Assembly (NCBI RefSeq): GCF_001194135.2
Contig: NC_068984.1
Location: forward strand, 6,199,058-6,263,057
From: Octopus bimaculoides
Lineage: Eukaryota
DNA: 64,000 nucleotides
Direction: 5' to 3'
Shown here: positions 23,915-37,819 of the stretch, piece by piece
Numbering within the stretch: position 1 is the stretch's first letter
How the letters are laid out: each line of letters begins with the position of its first letter
The notes under the pieces: model-generated
The model's input: only the letters and a program-made list of their open reading frames with translations
The model's database searches: none
Told to the model about the DNA's origin: nothing
Translations under genes and position numbers: made by a program

Positions 23915-24984
23915 ACAATATACAAAATATTGTCTGATTAGGTATGGCTGTGTTGTTAGGACATAACCCTGACATTTATAGCCTCTTAATACATATAGGA
24001 TTTGAGTATTAAAACCACAATTGAATTAATATAGGGAGCGAGTATTTAAAGCCTATATTTACAGTGTTTTAATACTCAACTCCTGTGTTTATAGTATTTT
24101 GCTATATGAAGTCTACATGTCTTGCTGCCTATGGTTGTCCAACAAATTCAATGATAAATACCTTAAGAGTCAAGATCCATGACTCACACTACAGAAGCTT
24201 TATAGGGGTGTTGCAAGTGGGTACATTTTCTTATATCACTATCTTTACTGTGAAAGAGATAGATTGAAAAGCAAGTACTTCTTTTAGCTGCAGAAGGCTG
24301 TTGGAAATCCAATCAGTAGGAAATTGCTTTGAAGCTTATCACTACAGATTGTTTTTATCTCTCAGACTGTACCACACTAGCCTTTGTTATTCTGAACTTA
24401 TGCATAAAAAGTGCAGTGATTGCTAAGTGTCAGAATATAATCTACTAGGGGAGGGTGGTGGTGGTTGGGATGGGGGGGGGGCATTAGTGCTTTGAGATTC
24501 GCAGCCAATGGCACCGGGAGGTACAAAGCACTGAGTAACCATGTGTGGCCACAGACAGCCTTGCAAGAGTCTTGATGATGGAGAGATTGTACACTAGCAG
24601 CGAAGATTACTTTCCTTTGAAATACTTGGACTAACCTGCAGCAGTGAGCTGCAAGAAAGAGGAATGCGATCACAACTGCACTAGATGCACCACATCATCT
24701 TAACTGTCTGTCTGTCAATTATCTATCTGTCTGTCTGCCTATCTATCTATCCATCGGTCTGTTTATCTATCTACGTGTACACACACAGACACACACACAC
24801 ATCCACGCACACACAAACACACGTGCACACACAACACAACACACAAATACACAAACACATGTGGAAGGTGGCTGTCATATGTTGCTTGAAATTTGATTAA
24901 GGCTGGAAATAGAATTGAGCAATGCTGTATCATAGAAATACTCTAACTTCATGCACCATTAGCAAAAATATAATGAACTCTATT

Positions 24985-25190
24985 GCTGATATTGTTGTTA
25001 TGTTCTTTAACCCTAGGTCCACCTTGACGAAACACACCAATGATTAAAGGTAGTCTAACCATGACCAGTATATAACTAGAATTATATTAACTAATGCTTC
25101 TTCTTTGTTTCAAGATGATAGGATGAGATTTGGGGGAAAATTTAGTTGTCATTTCTAGCAAGTCAAGCCACTATATAGAAACATTTAATA
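24985..25190 (-). repeat. Old unclassified interspersed repeat 'family D' with a (CAA)n-like end; other copies at ~9395, 13820, 18300, 25735, 26530, 28285, 36495, 52810, 53060, 53275
   Basis: Shared blocks TTTAGCCC..GATCAAAG..TGACCA..AAGATG..GATTTG..GCTATTTCTAGC across copies; highly diverged. Confidence 0.55.
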
Positions 25191-25988
25191 ATGTTTATAG
25201 TTGCTTATAATGAGGATAATAATAGTGTTAAATCCCTCAACATATTTGTAGAACTGTAAAGGGACCATATCAAAGATTGTTTTTATATAATGTATTTCAG
25301 TCAAATCAGCTTGATGGGGCCCACTGCAATATAAGCTATATCCACAGGTGGTTTTTAATTTACTGCTAAAAGATCATAGTGTTATTGTGCTCCAACTGCA
25401 GCATAATATACATGAAACTAACTTTTAGCAAAAGGTCCAGCAGTGAATCAATTATACCAGTTGTGTTTCTCTAATGATGGTGGAAATGATATCTCCATAC
25501 CACGAGCATTTTTATTGAAATTCAAAAGCAGATAAATCAGAGATGCTAACTTAATATAATAAATAATCTAATCAAATAAAACATAAACTTTTCTGATTAT
25601 AAGGCTTGGATAGTTTTGTAATTTTTAAATAGTTTATTTAGTAGAATATTTTTTTATGCTACTGTTGTTGGTTGAGATCTATCCTGTAACAAAACAATGT
25701 TTTCTATCTCTGTTCAGTAGATGTGAGTGTTGCAGTTGTTGCATTTAGCCCAAATCAGCTCTGATTTAGCAGATCTATGCCCAAACATGTACCATTCATG
25801 ACCACCCCATCTTTATTTCAATACAGGTGTACATTATTCCAAAGCACTTTTTTTGTAAGACAGTAAGAAATGATTTGATAGAGATTTGGCTGCTATTTCC
25901 AACAGATCAAGCAAACATGTAGGACTCCCTCACTGACTCATAGGTAGTGTTTTATAAGCTAGATTTACTGAGGCTAGTACATATTTAA

Positions 25989-26210
25989 CCCTTTTGCATT
26001 TAAGCTGCCCATATCCAGCCCAAATATTCTACCTGTTTTATGTTCAAACTAGCCAGATCCAGCTTCTCATACCTACCCTATAATGTCATTCTAAAAATAA
26101 GCAATCAAATCATGAAATCTCAAAATTAGGGGATAAGCCATGTTAAGTTCAAAACAGTGTGAATAGATAAGCTTTACAATTGACAACAGATTAATCCGAA
26201 TGCTGAAGGG
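25989..26210. mobile_element. piggyBac-type MITE (family P1), 222 bp
   Basis: TTAA on both sides; TIRs CCCTTTTGCATT / AATGCTGAAGGG; internal sequence shared with 45149-45373. Confidence 0.85.
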
Positions 26211-29200
26211 TTAAAGAAACATTTCAAGACATTTATAGGGTTTTGCATTTGTGTTCCTCAGGTCATGTGTGATGTGGATGACTGTGGGTTTTTTAAAAGT
26301 TTAATTCCACTTAGCTGACATTAAACTGATGAAAGATAGTACGCTGGTCTATAATGGGTAACAGTCTCAAGTGATCTGATACTCATTAAAGACAGCCAGG
26401 TGGAGTGAAGTAATGCAAAATAAATTGTTTTCCCCCAGGAACACCACAAAACATATACAGTGGATCTGAAATTAAGATCTCAGAACAAATGTTCTAATAA
26501 CTTAGCTACTTTGAAAGAAACAAAGTGCCTTTATTAGGTCGCTTGACCTACAAGAAATAGCAGTCAAATCTTCCTACCACCTTAACAAAGGAATAACACA
26601 TTTGGTAGTGTAGTCCTTCATAAACTATATCTGGATAAAAGACATGATGGTTATGTTGAGAAAGTCTTTAACTATAGGCCTACTTGATCAGAGCTGACCA
26701 AAAGCTAAAAAAACAAGCATTCTATTTGGCCATACCACTTTTACTAGTCAGTAGATCACCACATTCAACTTCAATAGTCATATTACTGTAACCTCAGAAA
26801 ACCTTTGTTAAAATGTATTGAATTAATTAGAATGTTTTAATGGGAGTTCTCATTGATTAACAAGTCTTCAGACTACATTAGTTTATCGTTGATGTCAACA
26901 GGTGTGATTGGTTATAGCAGGTGTTCTATGATAAGATTTGTTGAGGGCAGGTTGAAAAGGGAGACATGATTTGTGGAGAGAAAAAAAAAGAAGGAAATGG
27001 TTATAAATTTAGAGAAAGAGAGAAAGTGGAGAGAGAAGAAAGAAAGAGAGTGAGAGTGGGGAGAGAGAGACAGAGAAAGAAATTTGAGAGGAATGAAAAG
27101 AAATAAGGAGTTATGTGCATATTTTTGTGCACTGTATAACTGTTTGGTATGTATGGATGTGAAAGCTAGAGAATGTGCGTATGTGTCTGACATGTTTTTC
27201 CGATGTGTATGTGTATATGCACTGTGAGAGGGTGTTTTGTGAGAGGGTGTACATGTGCATGTGTGCATTTGTAAGAGTGGGAGTGCAAGTGAAAACATGA
27301 GAACAACAATACGCATGGAATTTGAATATGAAAAATGCAGAGAAAGCAGATAGAGAAACTAGGAATGGGAAAATGTAAGAGAGAGTGGGGGGGGGGAGAA
27401 AGAGTTGGTTCTATCCTTGTTAAACTCAGATCACTTACTCTTGTCTATTATTGTTACCAATTTTATTGACTCCAGGAGGCAATGAAATTAGTGAGAAAGA
27501 TCAAAAGAGAATGAAAAATGGAGGAATGAGTGAGAGTGAAAGAAACAAATGTACATAAAAGATGAAGTTATGCAAGTGGATGTGTGTATGTGCATGTGTG
27601 TGTGTGTGTGTGTGTTCTTTCATGAATATATGTGTAGGTTTAAGCTTCCAATCTGAGGTAACTACTATTCCATATGTCTGTCTGTTGTGTTTCTGATGTG
27701 TAAATTATTTATAGACTGAAATATTTACCTATGCTACATAAGGGTCTATTGTGGTAATACAGGCAAGAGTGAAACAAGTACACACACACACACATACACA
27801 CAGACTTGTAAGGGGCCACTGAGATATAACAGTGTTGCATGAAACAGTTATCCAAATATAAACCAACATTGCAGACTGAAACAATAGTTAATCTATATTG
27901 TGATAGTATTCAGTGAAATACTGAAATACAAGTTGTATCCATGCAAGAGCCCTGATAAACTGAGACCATTCATTGTGCACTCATTGCCTGATAGAGATGG
28001 GGGAGGAGTTGTTGTAATCTGTGCATCAGATCTTAGACATTTTAAATCTGGCAAAGTCCATCTACTCCTGCTGCTTTCTTCCAATGACGAAGCTAAAGAA
28101 AGGAGCCCTTCCCCCCACAAAACTTGAATGGTATTTCATTTATCAGCCTTGAAAGAATGAATGGCAAAGTTGACCTTGGTGGAATCTGAACACAGAGCAT
28201 GAAAAGTCAGCAGAAGAAATTTTGTAAAGTATACAGCTAACTACCTCAGATATCAAGATCCAATGAGATAGTGTCATCTAATATGACCACTTGATCTGCT
28301 AGAAATAGTAGCTAGGTCTTCTTCATCTCATACCAAACTACCTTAAACAAAAAAAAAAACTAAATTGGACACTATCAAGTTTGATGCACTATACTTGAAA
28401 ATAAAATGGAATTGTTATGGCTGAAACCCCTTTGATTATAGTTCTACTAACACTAGAATACTAACTTTTTAATATCTGTGACACAGCAATGGGAAAGACT
28501 CCACACAGTCAATTGATTTATGAAAAATAACTGTCAAATGTCCATCAAACCATATGGCATTGTTTGACAAAAATTACACACTGGATAACATAGCCTCGAA
28601 TACAATGTGCCTGAAACAAAACTTGACAATCATGGCTTCAATGCCTTACATCATAGATCTCTTCAATCAAAGTCAACTGCTATACTGTAGCCAAATAGGA
28701 AACCTTGAAAAGTTCATCCAGACTCAATACTTTTAAAAAGAAACAGAAGTCTATCTTCAAGTATAGACTATATGACACTTTACAAAGGCAACATAATTGG
28801 AGATGAAATAATTTGAGTACGCTAAGGTAACAAGCGTAGATTGCAATGTTGGATAAAGTTTGTAAGTTTAAATGAATTATATATAATACATGATATTGAA
28901 TTTAAACTTACAAAAAATGTATTTGGTACAGAGGTCTAAACTTCTTGCTTTAGGATACTCACATTATTTCATCCCAGTAATGTTGCATAGGTAAAGTGCC
29001 ATATAATCCTTAAGCTTAAGTAAGTTTGTATGTCATGGAAGGAAGAGATGCTGATATTTTTTAACTGAACCTTCATCTGAGAGCAAAGAGAAAATTGTTT
29101 TTTTTCTCTCATATGAACTCTCAGTTTCCAAAACATCAAAATCTATTCTCCAAAGGAAAGTATGTATGATACACCTAAACTTATAAACCTCCCTGTATAA

Positions 29201-29309
29201 TTTTCACCAATGCAGACCAGTACCATATTTCCTCAGACTCTAGATTTTAGTCCTTACAACTAAAGTGAATATCATGTAAGAAACTGGCTATGCTCTCTGA
29301 TAGGTTTAT

Positions 29310-29520
29310 AGTTGCACCTGTGGCAGTTGAGACCTCCGGCCTTCTTGTCCCCAAGACTTTATCCCCTGGTCACTGCTATCAGGAAAGAGACCGATGTCTG
29401 CAAGTACAAACCTGGTGAGTCAGGATGGCTGTTCCAATGCATCTCCCTCACTATCCTCTGGGGCTTTTCCATTTTGTCTGCTGGTGCCATGAGAATGCAG
29501 TCTATGACGTGTGTGTACAG
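29310..29520 (+). mobile_element. CRE-like (RLE-clade) LINE C-terminal fragment
   Basis: APVAVETSG then, after a frameshift, GESGWLFQCISLTILWGFSILSA, matching the CRE-type motif PxAVETxG..E..xLFQRISxAIQRGN. Confidence 0.65.
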
Positions 29521-29700
29521 CATAGTCAATCTCATCTTTGGGAGCAACATACCATTGCAAATCTCATCTAAACTTTGAAGACGGTTAGCAGCTGTTGAGG
29601 ACTGAAATATTTCAGAAGAGGAAACACCAGACTTTGAGATATGGTGTTTGTAATGTTAAAGATGCACATTTGTCAGGAGAGGATAAGGCTTAGCATTTAA

Positions 29701-29920
29701 CCCTTTCGTTACCAACCCGGCTGAAACCGGCTCTGGCTCTGAGTACAAATGTCCTGTTTTCATAAGTTTTGAATTAAAATCTTCCACCAAATCTTAGTCA
29801 CAATTTATGTTCCTAACACTAGCTGAATGATAACTAAGTTATTTTACTAAATTCTTTGTTATATTTAAAGTGATTGAAAGAAACACAGAGCATCACAAAA
29901 CAAATACAGTAACAAAAGGG
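29701..29920. mobile_element. piggyBac-type MITE (family P2), 220 bp
   Basis: TTAA on both sides; TIRs CCCTTTCGTTAC / GTAACAAAAGGG. Confidence 0.88.
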
Positions 29921-31148
29921 TTAAAGTGATTGTAAAGATTCTAGTAGTATGCTGCTTATATTTGATGGGGGATAAAAGTGCAGTTTTGTTTGTGATTGTG
30001 GAGTGAATTTGTTTTTTTTTTCTTTATTTTGTCTTTTATAAATTATGTATTTGCTGTTGTAGGAAACAAGATTAGCATGACTACTTTGGCTGATGTTTAC
30101 AAGGTTTATTTTCATGGAATTTGCAGGTTACACATTAAACATATGTGAAGATATAAATGTAATGCTGCAATTGGGTACTACAAATAAACCCAGCTGACCC
30201 ATTATCTCTCTCATAACTCAACTACCCCAGAGATTAGAACCACAATATAAACAAGATACCCTTGAAATTATTGTTCATACTGTATCTGAGGCATTTTACA
30301 AAAATAGCTAATAATAATATATTTTATTGATGAACAGTATTTGTAACCTAAATTCTTTAATATGTATCATATATGAAAATGTGAAAATGCATTTTTATTG
30401 ATTATTTTGACATTTTTCTGAGTCTTTGCGAGTTCTATTATTTTTTTTTTAATTTTTATTTTATTTTTCTTCTTTTGCTGCATTTTCCCATCTTTTTACT
30501 CTTTCTCTCTCTCTTTTTTTAAAATTCTCTCTTTGCTTTTTTCCTAATCAAGAATCAAATAGCAAAAGCAATATTCAATAACTGAGAAAGATCTAAAAAT
30601 AAAATAGAAAAACAAAATAACTAAGAATAAAAATAGTATGGATATGGTAAAGGAAGATGAAGTAAAAGAACTGTAATAGAAAGAGTAGAAATTTCCTTAC
30701 AAGAGTTCTATTTATAGCTTATTGAATTAGTTGCGCTCCATGGTTGATAAGAAATCAACATCAATAATAATGAAGATGATGATGATGATGATAATAATAA
30801 TAATAACAATAATGATGTGAATAATCACAATAAAAATAATTATAATAAAAACTAACAACAATGACAACAATAATAATAATCAACTGCAAAGATTTTATTA
30901 CAAAATGTTCTCAGATTCATTCTTTCCTGTTATTTTCCTCTAGCCTTCTGTAACTATGTCCCCCCACCCCCACCCCATCTACCCAGTATAATTATGCTGT
31001 GAGGGAAGCCTTATAAGATGTATCTGTAATTAATATCCATTATTTAAGCAGCGAACTAGGACTCTGAGATGAATCTTTTTCACTCATCAATAAATTGTTA
31101 ATTTTTTGTTTGTTTGTGTGTGTGTGTGTGTGTGTGTGCGTGTGTGTA

Positions 31149-31192
<44 letters not shown>

Positions 31193-31899
31193 TGTGTGTT
31201 GTAAAGGTGGTGGTGGTGGTGGTAAAGCAGGTGAGTTAGATCAGGATGTGGTGTGGTTATGGTGTGAAGCATTTGTTCTTAAGTTGCGAAAATGTTTGCT
31301 AACACACACACACACACACACACACATACACAGACATGCAAGCACACACACACACACACACAGATGGGTATTGTTTTTTTTTTATTTGTTTCTGTCTGTA
31401 TTTATTTCTTAGATAGGTATGTAATTCTAGCTAGCACAACATGGAGTGTAAATCACATCTATTAAAATTAATGTGTCACTATCACTTTAGCCACAGAACA
31501 GATCAGATTCATAGCTATGGTCAAGATCTTTTGTCATCATACCCATCATCATTATTATTACAGTACCTGACCTTTCATCCAGAATTTCCAGAAATCTTGC
31601 AATATTATGCGATATACTGTACCCTGCATTTAGTTAACAGACCCTGCTTATGAAGCTGGTTAATTTGCATAGAGTATGTTAAAAGTAGTTTTGTTTTTTA
31701 CTATTTTTTTATATAAATCAGGTGAGTGGCCTTGTTCGATTTGTAGGAAAGCTATAAGCGGTAACTCCATATGATGTACTCAGTGTATGCTATGGACACA
31801 CAAGAGGTTCAGTAGATTAATAGGAAGGTGGAATAATGGGTTAATAGTGGATTAATAGAGAAGAGAGTTTTTGTCTGTGGATGATGTACAGGATCCATA

Positions 31900-32530
31900 A
31901 AAACTTTAGAGACACAGGAAATTGATTCTCTCACATGCCCTGGTGGCTCATTAGAGGTAGCAGATAATTTCTGCTACCTTAGGGATCAAATTAGTGGTGG
32001 GGGAGGATGCATGGAGAGCGTGATAGCTAGAAGCTAGAGGAAATTCTCCGAGTGAAAAGGCGATTCTCTGATGCATATAAACAGATAGCACTTCTACATG
32101 GCTATGAGACATGAGCTCTAAATGCAGAGGACAGATAATGGTTAGAAAGGAATGAGGCAAGTAGGCTCCAATGGATGTGTAATGTAATGTTCAACAGAGT
32201 GCTAGTGTTTTGAGAGAGATGTTAGGCATAAGAGGAATTAGTTGCTGTGTGCAAGAGTGAAGAATGTGCTGGTTTGGTCAATAGATGAAACATGTGCAAG
32301 TAGGAGACCAAGTTACCTGGTGACCTTGCTAGTGCTGGTGCCACATTAAAAGGTACCCAATACACCCTGTAAAGTGGTTGTGTTAGAGCCATGCCAAAGT
32401 AGACAATGGAACTAGGCATAGACCTTTGGCTTGTTGGTCCTTGTCAAACAATCCAAATCAGACCAGTATGGAAAACATACATTGGATGATGATGATGATG
32501 ATGATGGTGATGAAGATGATGATGGTGGTG

Positions 32531-32602
<72 letters not shown>

Positions 32603-32621
32603 GTGGTGATGATGATGATGG

Positions 32622-32652
<31 letters not shown>

Positions 32653-32710
32653 GGTGATGGTGATGATGATGATGGTGATGATGATGATGAGGAGGAGGAG
32701 GAGGAGGATA
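31900..32710 (+). mobile_element. Degenerate RTE-LINE ORF2 end, tail and expanded (GAT/GGT)n tail (32485-32710)
   Basis: SLEVADNFCYLRDQISGGGGC..LLHGYET*A..LERNEAS..WMCNV..LREMLGIRGI, followed by the RTE tail core and a ~225-bp trinucleotide tract. Confidence 0.8.
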
Positions 32711-32890
32711 TGAATCCATGAGAAACTAATGCCAAAATAACTCTTAGAATTACTGAGTCAAGTCACAGGATAGTTATAGATACCACCTTAATTAAAAAAA
32801 ACACTCTACTGTGGAGTACGGAATTTTATATTCATGATTATAAGACTGGCCTTAGAGAAGATATATTTTCCAGTTATACAGATATATATG

Positions 32891-32932
<42 letters not shown>

Positions 32933-32990
32933 ATGTATGATTTCATTATGTGTGTATATGTGCTCAACACTGCATTGGTGGATATATAAT

Positions 32991-33122
32991 TTCTTTATTT
33001 GTTAATTAAGGCTACCATTGGTTTCATGTTAAAAATATACTGGTGTTTTAACAATGACACTAGGATATTTTCCTACTCTTCTTAACATGAAACCAATGGT
33101 AGACTTAATTCACAAATAAAGA

Positions 33123-33123
<1 letters not shown>
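32991..33123. repeat. 133-bp inverted-repeat element: 42-bp arms (40/42 identical) with a 49-bp spacer, in a TA-rich context; candidate MITE
   Basis: 32991-33032 is the reverse complement of 33082-33123 with two mismatches. Confidence 0.85.
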
Positions 33124-33170
<47 letters not shown>

Positions 33171-33259
33171 ATGCATATATGTATGTATGTCTGCATGTAT
33201 GTATGTATGTATGTATGTATGTGTGTGTAAACATTTGTATGTGTGTGTGTATCATTTAT

Positions 33260-33410
33260 CTTTTACCTTTTACTTGTTTCAGTCATTATACTGTGGCCAT
33301 GCTGGAGTGCTGCTTTGAAGAACTTTAGTCAAATGAATCAAACCCAGTACTTTTCTTTAAGCCTGCTACTTATTCTATTAGTCTCTTTTGCTGCACTGCT
33401 AAGTTACCTA
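33260..33410 (-). mobile_element. Family-1 SINE 3' part
   Basis: TTTTACTTGTTTCAGTCATT..GGCCATGCTGGAG. Confidence 0.7.
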
Positions 33411-33930
33411 AGTTATCTATCTATCTCTCTCCCTACACACACACACATATATAAATAAATAACAAAGTTGTACATGTAACAATTCATTACAGCCATTTCA
33501 AGTGACCCCTTTAATTGATGAATGAAAATATTGCATCATAGCAAACAAAAACGGTTCCTTTGCTATGATGTAATGTTTGCATTAATCAATTAAAGGAGTT
33601 GTTTGAAATGGCCATAATGAATTGACACCTGTACATCTTTGTGACTCATTTATATTTTATTTACCTACCCAAGAATTTACACTTTTCAAATATCATAGAA
33701 AGTATTTTTGTATTTTTATAGAAAGTACATGTCTGTACAACGAAGAACGGATCTCTTCACTAAGTTGGGTCATGTTATCTGCATACACAGCAAGAATATC
33801 AAGTGCAAACATTTCTGCACAGAGTTTGATGTCCACCTAATATTGTTTGGGTGTGCAAATCAGAAAATTAGATCGACCTAACAAGGTGCCTCAATTTAAG
33901 TACCTAATTCAACTGAATCTTAATTATTAG

Positions 33931-33946
33931 AGATAGATAGATAGAC

Positions 33947-34004
<58 letters not shown>
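33931..34004. repeat. (GATA)n microsatellite
   Basis: Direct tandem repeat. Confidence 0.95.
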
Positions 34005-34255
34005 TGAGAGAGAAAGGGAGAGAGAGAGAGAAAGATAAATACACATATACACATTTATAAGAAAGTCTGCATTTATATTTATGAAATTTGTAATTATCAG
34101 GATGTGTTATTGCATATAATAATTACATATTATAATACATATAAGCATACACGCACAAACACACCCACACTGAAGCATGTATACATTTATACAGGATCAA
34201 TGAATCAATATGTGTCAACACGCATATGCATAATATACGCGCATGAATGTGTCTG

Positions 34256-34314
<59 letters not shown>

Positions 34315-35549
34315 ATTCACAATCATTCTATTGTGTCTTTTATAGATTCCTTCACCATCTCGCTACTTCTGCAATTCTTGTTTTGTTCTCTTTTATTTTC
34401 CAGATCTTTCTCTTCCATTTCTTTGATATTTCTTCAGCTCTTTGTCTTTTTCCGTAGTTTCTTTCTTCCCATATATGACACTATATTCTATATCTATCGC
34501 ACTGCCAACCACCTATCTTCCTGTCTTTCATATTTCACCATTTTTATCGATATCTGACATTTACATAAAGAATATATAATGATATACAAAAGATGAACAG
34601 TAAACTTTCTCTCCAACCATTCAATTGGAAAATTCTTAATCAGAGTGTTTTCTTTCAACTAAATTTCCCTGAAGACTTTATTGGATGGAGAATTCATATT
34701 GTGCCTATAGAAAATATTTATAACATTCTTCTCTACAACACTCAAAGAACATTAGCTGTGTTCTCAACCACTGACATAAACTCACCAACAACCCTTCCCC
34801 TTATTCCACCTACCTGACTAAGCAACCTGCCATCAGTCTATTGAACCAACCATCGACCATCAAAGCAGCCAACCAACCTAAAGCACCAACCACCTAACAG
34901 TCGAACCATTTACATCATCCAGAAAAATAATCAACTAGCCATCATCCTTCTAATAAAACATTCCAGAACAGTCAAACCAACCAGCCAGCTAGCCAGTCAG
35001 CCAGTGGACCAGCCATCAAGTTAACCAACCAAGCACACACTAGTACATCAACCACTTAATACATCAATCACAATACATATCAACAACAGGTAGCACATCA
35101 GTGGGGGTTATGTCGATGATGATGATGATGATGATGACTAATATCATCAGCAGCAGCAACAACAACAACAACAACAACAACACAGCCCCACACAGTGTAC
35201 AACCACATCATTTAATAAACAATACCAACCAACAAACAAAACCATACAAATCAGTTCTTCAAATACTACCTCAAAGGCTGATATGTGCTGCTATGTTGAT
35301 AAAGTATGATGTCTGGAACAAGTTAACTTTAATGCTTACTTAACAGTTGATAAACTCCATATTTTTTTTCCTGTGATTGGTCTTTATATCTGAGACTACT
35401 TTAATGATTCCATTGTACAGCAATCACCAACATTCTATTCATTAATACTTGGTTCTTGTTATAAACCATTTATTACAGACAGACTTCAGTCACAATAAAT
35501 GTGTTAGGAATAACCACTACATTTCCTAAGATACAATATAATAACTGTT

Positions 35550-35680
35550 TCTAATTTAGGTACATGGCCAGCAATATTGAAAAGATTACATTGACCCTAG
35601 TACTTTACTGACACTTTATTTTATTGACCCCAAAAGGATGAAAGACAAAGTTGACCTGAGTGAGATTTGAGCTCAGAACA
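35550..35680 (-). mobile_element. Family-2 SINE, degenerate (similar fragments at ~28135-28205, 39765-39925, 54335-54450, 57440-57520)
   Basis: TTTATTGACCCCAAAAGGATGAAAGACAAAGTTGACC..GATTTGAGCTCAGAAC. Confidence 0.7.
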
Positions 35681-36039
35681 AAAGATATGACATCACTACA
35701 GCCACATAGCCATTTAAGAGTTATGAAGTAGAGACAGATGTTTAGTGCTTTGTCTGGTGGGCAGGGCAGAATCAGTTTCCATAGTTACTATTCAGTGACT
35801 TCAGCTAGCAGAATACCATCACAATCTCCATCATTTCATTACAGCATAATTTCTTTTACTCAAACCTTTGATTGTGATTTTATGACAAGGAATTTTGTGC
35901 AACTTCCATCATAACCTTCTGTTGGACCAAGGTAAAATGGGTAGGTAGCTGGATGGCCTGTTCCTAGTTTGTGGGTAGTAGGTATAATTCATCGCTCAGT
36001 TTAACACTGCCACCAACCAATGGATGCCTGAGTTCTCCA

Positions 36040-36245
36040 CCACCACCATCATCATCATCATTGTCATATTTATCACTATTCAATGTCCATGTTCCACACA
36101 GGAATAGCCTGATGCTTTGAAAGGATCTAATGGGCTGAAGGACTGCATCACGCACCAGTGTCTGTTTAGCATGGTTTTCTTTACATCTGGATACCCTTTC
36201 TAATGCTGACCACTTTTGGCATGTACAGGTGTCACTAGCAGTATG
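36040..36245 (-). mobile_element. Diverged RTE-type 3' tail
   Basis: CAT/CAC tail followed by AGCATGGTTTTC..CTGGATACCCTTTCTAATGCTGACCAC. Confidence 0.6.
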
Positions 36246-37039
36246 TGGAAAATATTCAGAGCAGGTTCAATCTATGAGTAATGGGTTTTTTGTATTTCTC
36301 CAAGACCTCTGCACCATACACAGAAAGCCATAGTTGTTGGCCTTCCATCTCTGACTCGAAGCCATGGAAAATCAAACGTGAGAAGAGTTTTGACAAATGT
36401 CTAGATAACGTAGAACAAAAGCAACTGTTGACTAGTACAGGCAATAGTCATAGTTTCATTGCAATGTCATATCTCCCTGCTAGCAATGGAAACCTTTATG
36501 TGCTCACTTGACTTGTAAGAAATAACAGTTAACTCCTCTCAAATCACACTCTACTATCTTAAGAAAACAAAAGAAACAATATGTAATGTAATCCTAGAGA
36601 TTACATTAAAAAAGACAGGATGGTCACGGTTAGATTATCTTTAATCTTAGTTCACCAAAGAGTCCTGATACTCATCTATATTCTAGTCTAAAAATCTATA
36701 TTTCCTTGTTAATGGAGGAGAATCTCTGGAAACTACCATCCCTGTAACAGTTTTTAATTTCTGATTTTCTCTTTTATCTTCTTACCTTTATTTTTTTCAT
36801 TTTTATAGTTTCCACCACCACTATGTTAGTGTTTGGTGTGTTTGTACATGTCTAGGAGAGTGTGGGGAATGTAAAGAGAGAAGCTTTTTAAAATGATTGT
36901 TAACATTTTGCAATGTGTTTACTTGAAGAGAGTATCAATGGAATTTGGCCGACTATTCTATAATCAGACAGAATAACTCAATGCACAGTTCAAATATAGT
37001 CTTTGATTTAGGCAAACTGGTGCATAGGGTGGGGAGGGA

Positions 37040-37079
<40 letters not shown>

Positions 37080-37819
37080 CCAAACAACATCAAACGTAAC
37101 AAGTCGCATCAACAATGTAATATTTTATTTCCTTCTCTCTCACACCTCTTTCTCACCTTTCATTTAACACATCCTTTTTTCTCTCAGCTAACCCCTACTA
37201 CCAACCCAATCCATGCTCTTCTCACCAACCCATATTAGTTCCCTGTTCCTTCTCCTTACTCCTCACTTTTCTCCAACAGGTTTTATTCATGAATTGATAT
37301 ATTCATTTGAATGGAAATAAAAAGGGCGAATAGGGTAAGGAGAAGGTATGGGAGAAGAAAAGGAAGAAGAGGGAAGGGCTAGAGAGAAACAGGTGAAACA
37401 AAACATAGAACAAGAAAAAATAACAACACATCTCATCCATATGATGATGGTGACAGTGCTAATGATGATCACCATCACCACCACTATCACCACCATCACA
37501 ACTACAACCAGAGCCATCATCACCATCATTATTTTACTGTCTGGTACACAATGCATCAAAAAAAATCTTAACTAAACAAAAATATTTGTAGTTAATTTTT
37601 GAAGCCATTATTATATTTTTGTTTTTATTAGGAATTTCCGAATGCCATATTGTTTCCAAAATTTATAAATTTAGTTAACAAAGCTTTGTCTGAGCATATA
37701 CGCCACATTTTAAACAAACAGACAAAGCATTGAATGATCATATATATAGGCCAAATTGTACTAAATATAGATGAAATACTAAATATGTTCTTTCATCGTA
37801 CCTAGCTCTTGTAGGGGGC

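Noticed and set aside
27893-28127. 75-codon ORFs on both strands
   Set aside because: There is no recognisable domain or convincing splice-site pair, and the length is compatible with chance.
32412-32735. Poly-Asp / poly-His / poly-Ser / poly-Met ORFs
   Set aside because: All frames are open only because of the (GAT/GGT)n tail of the RTE copy directly upstream.
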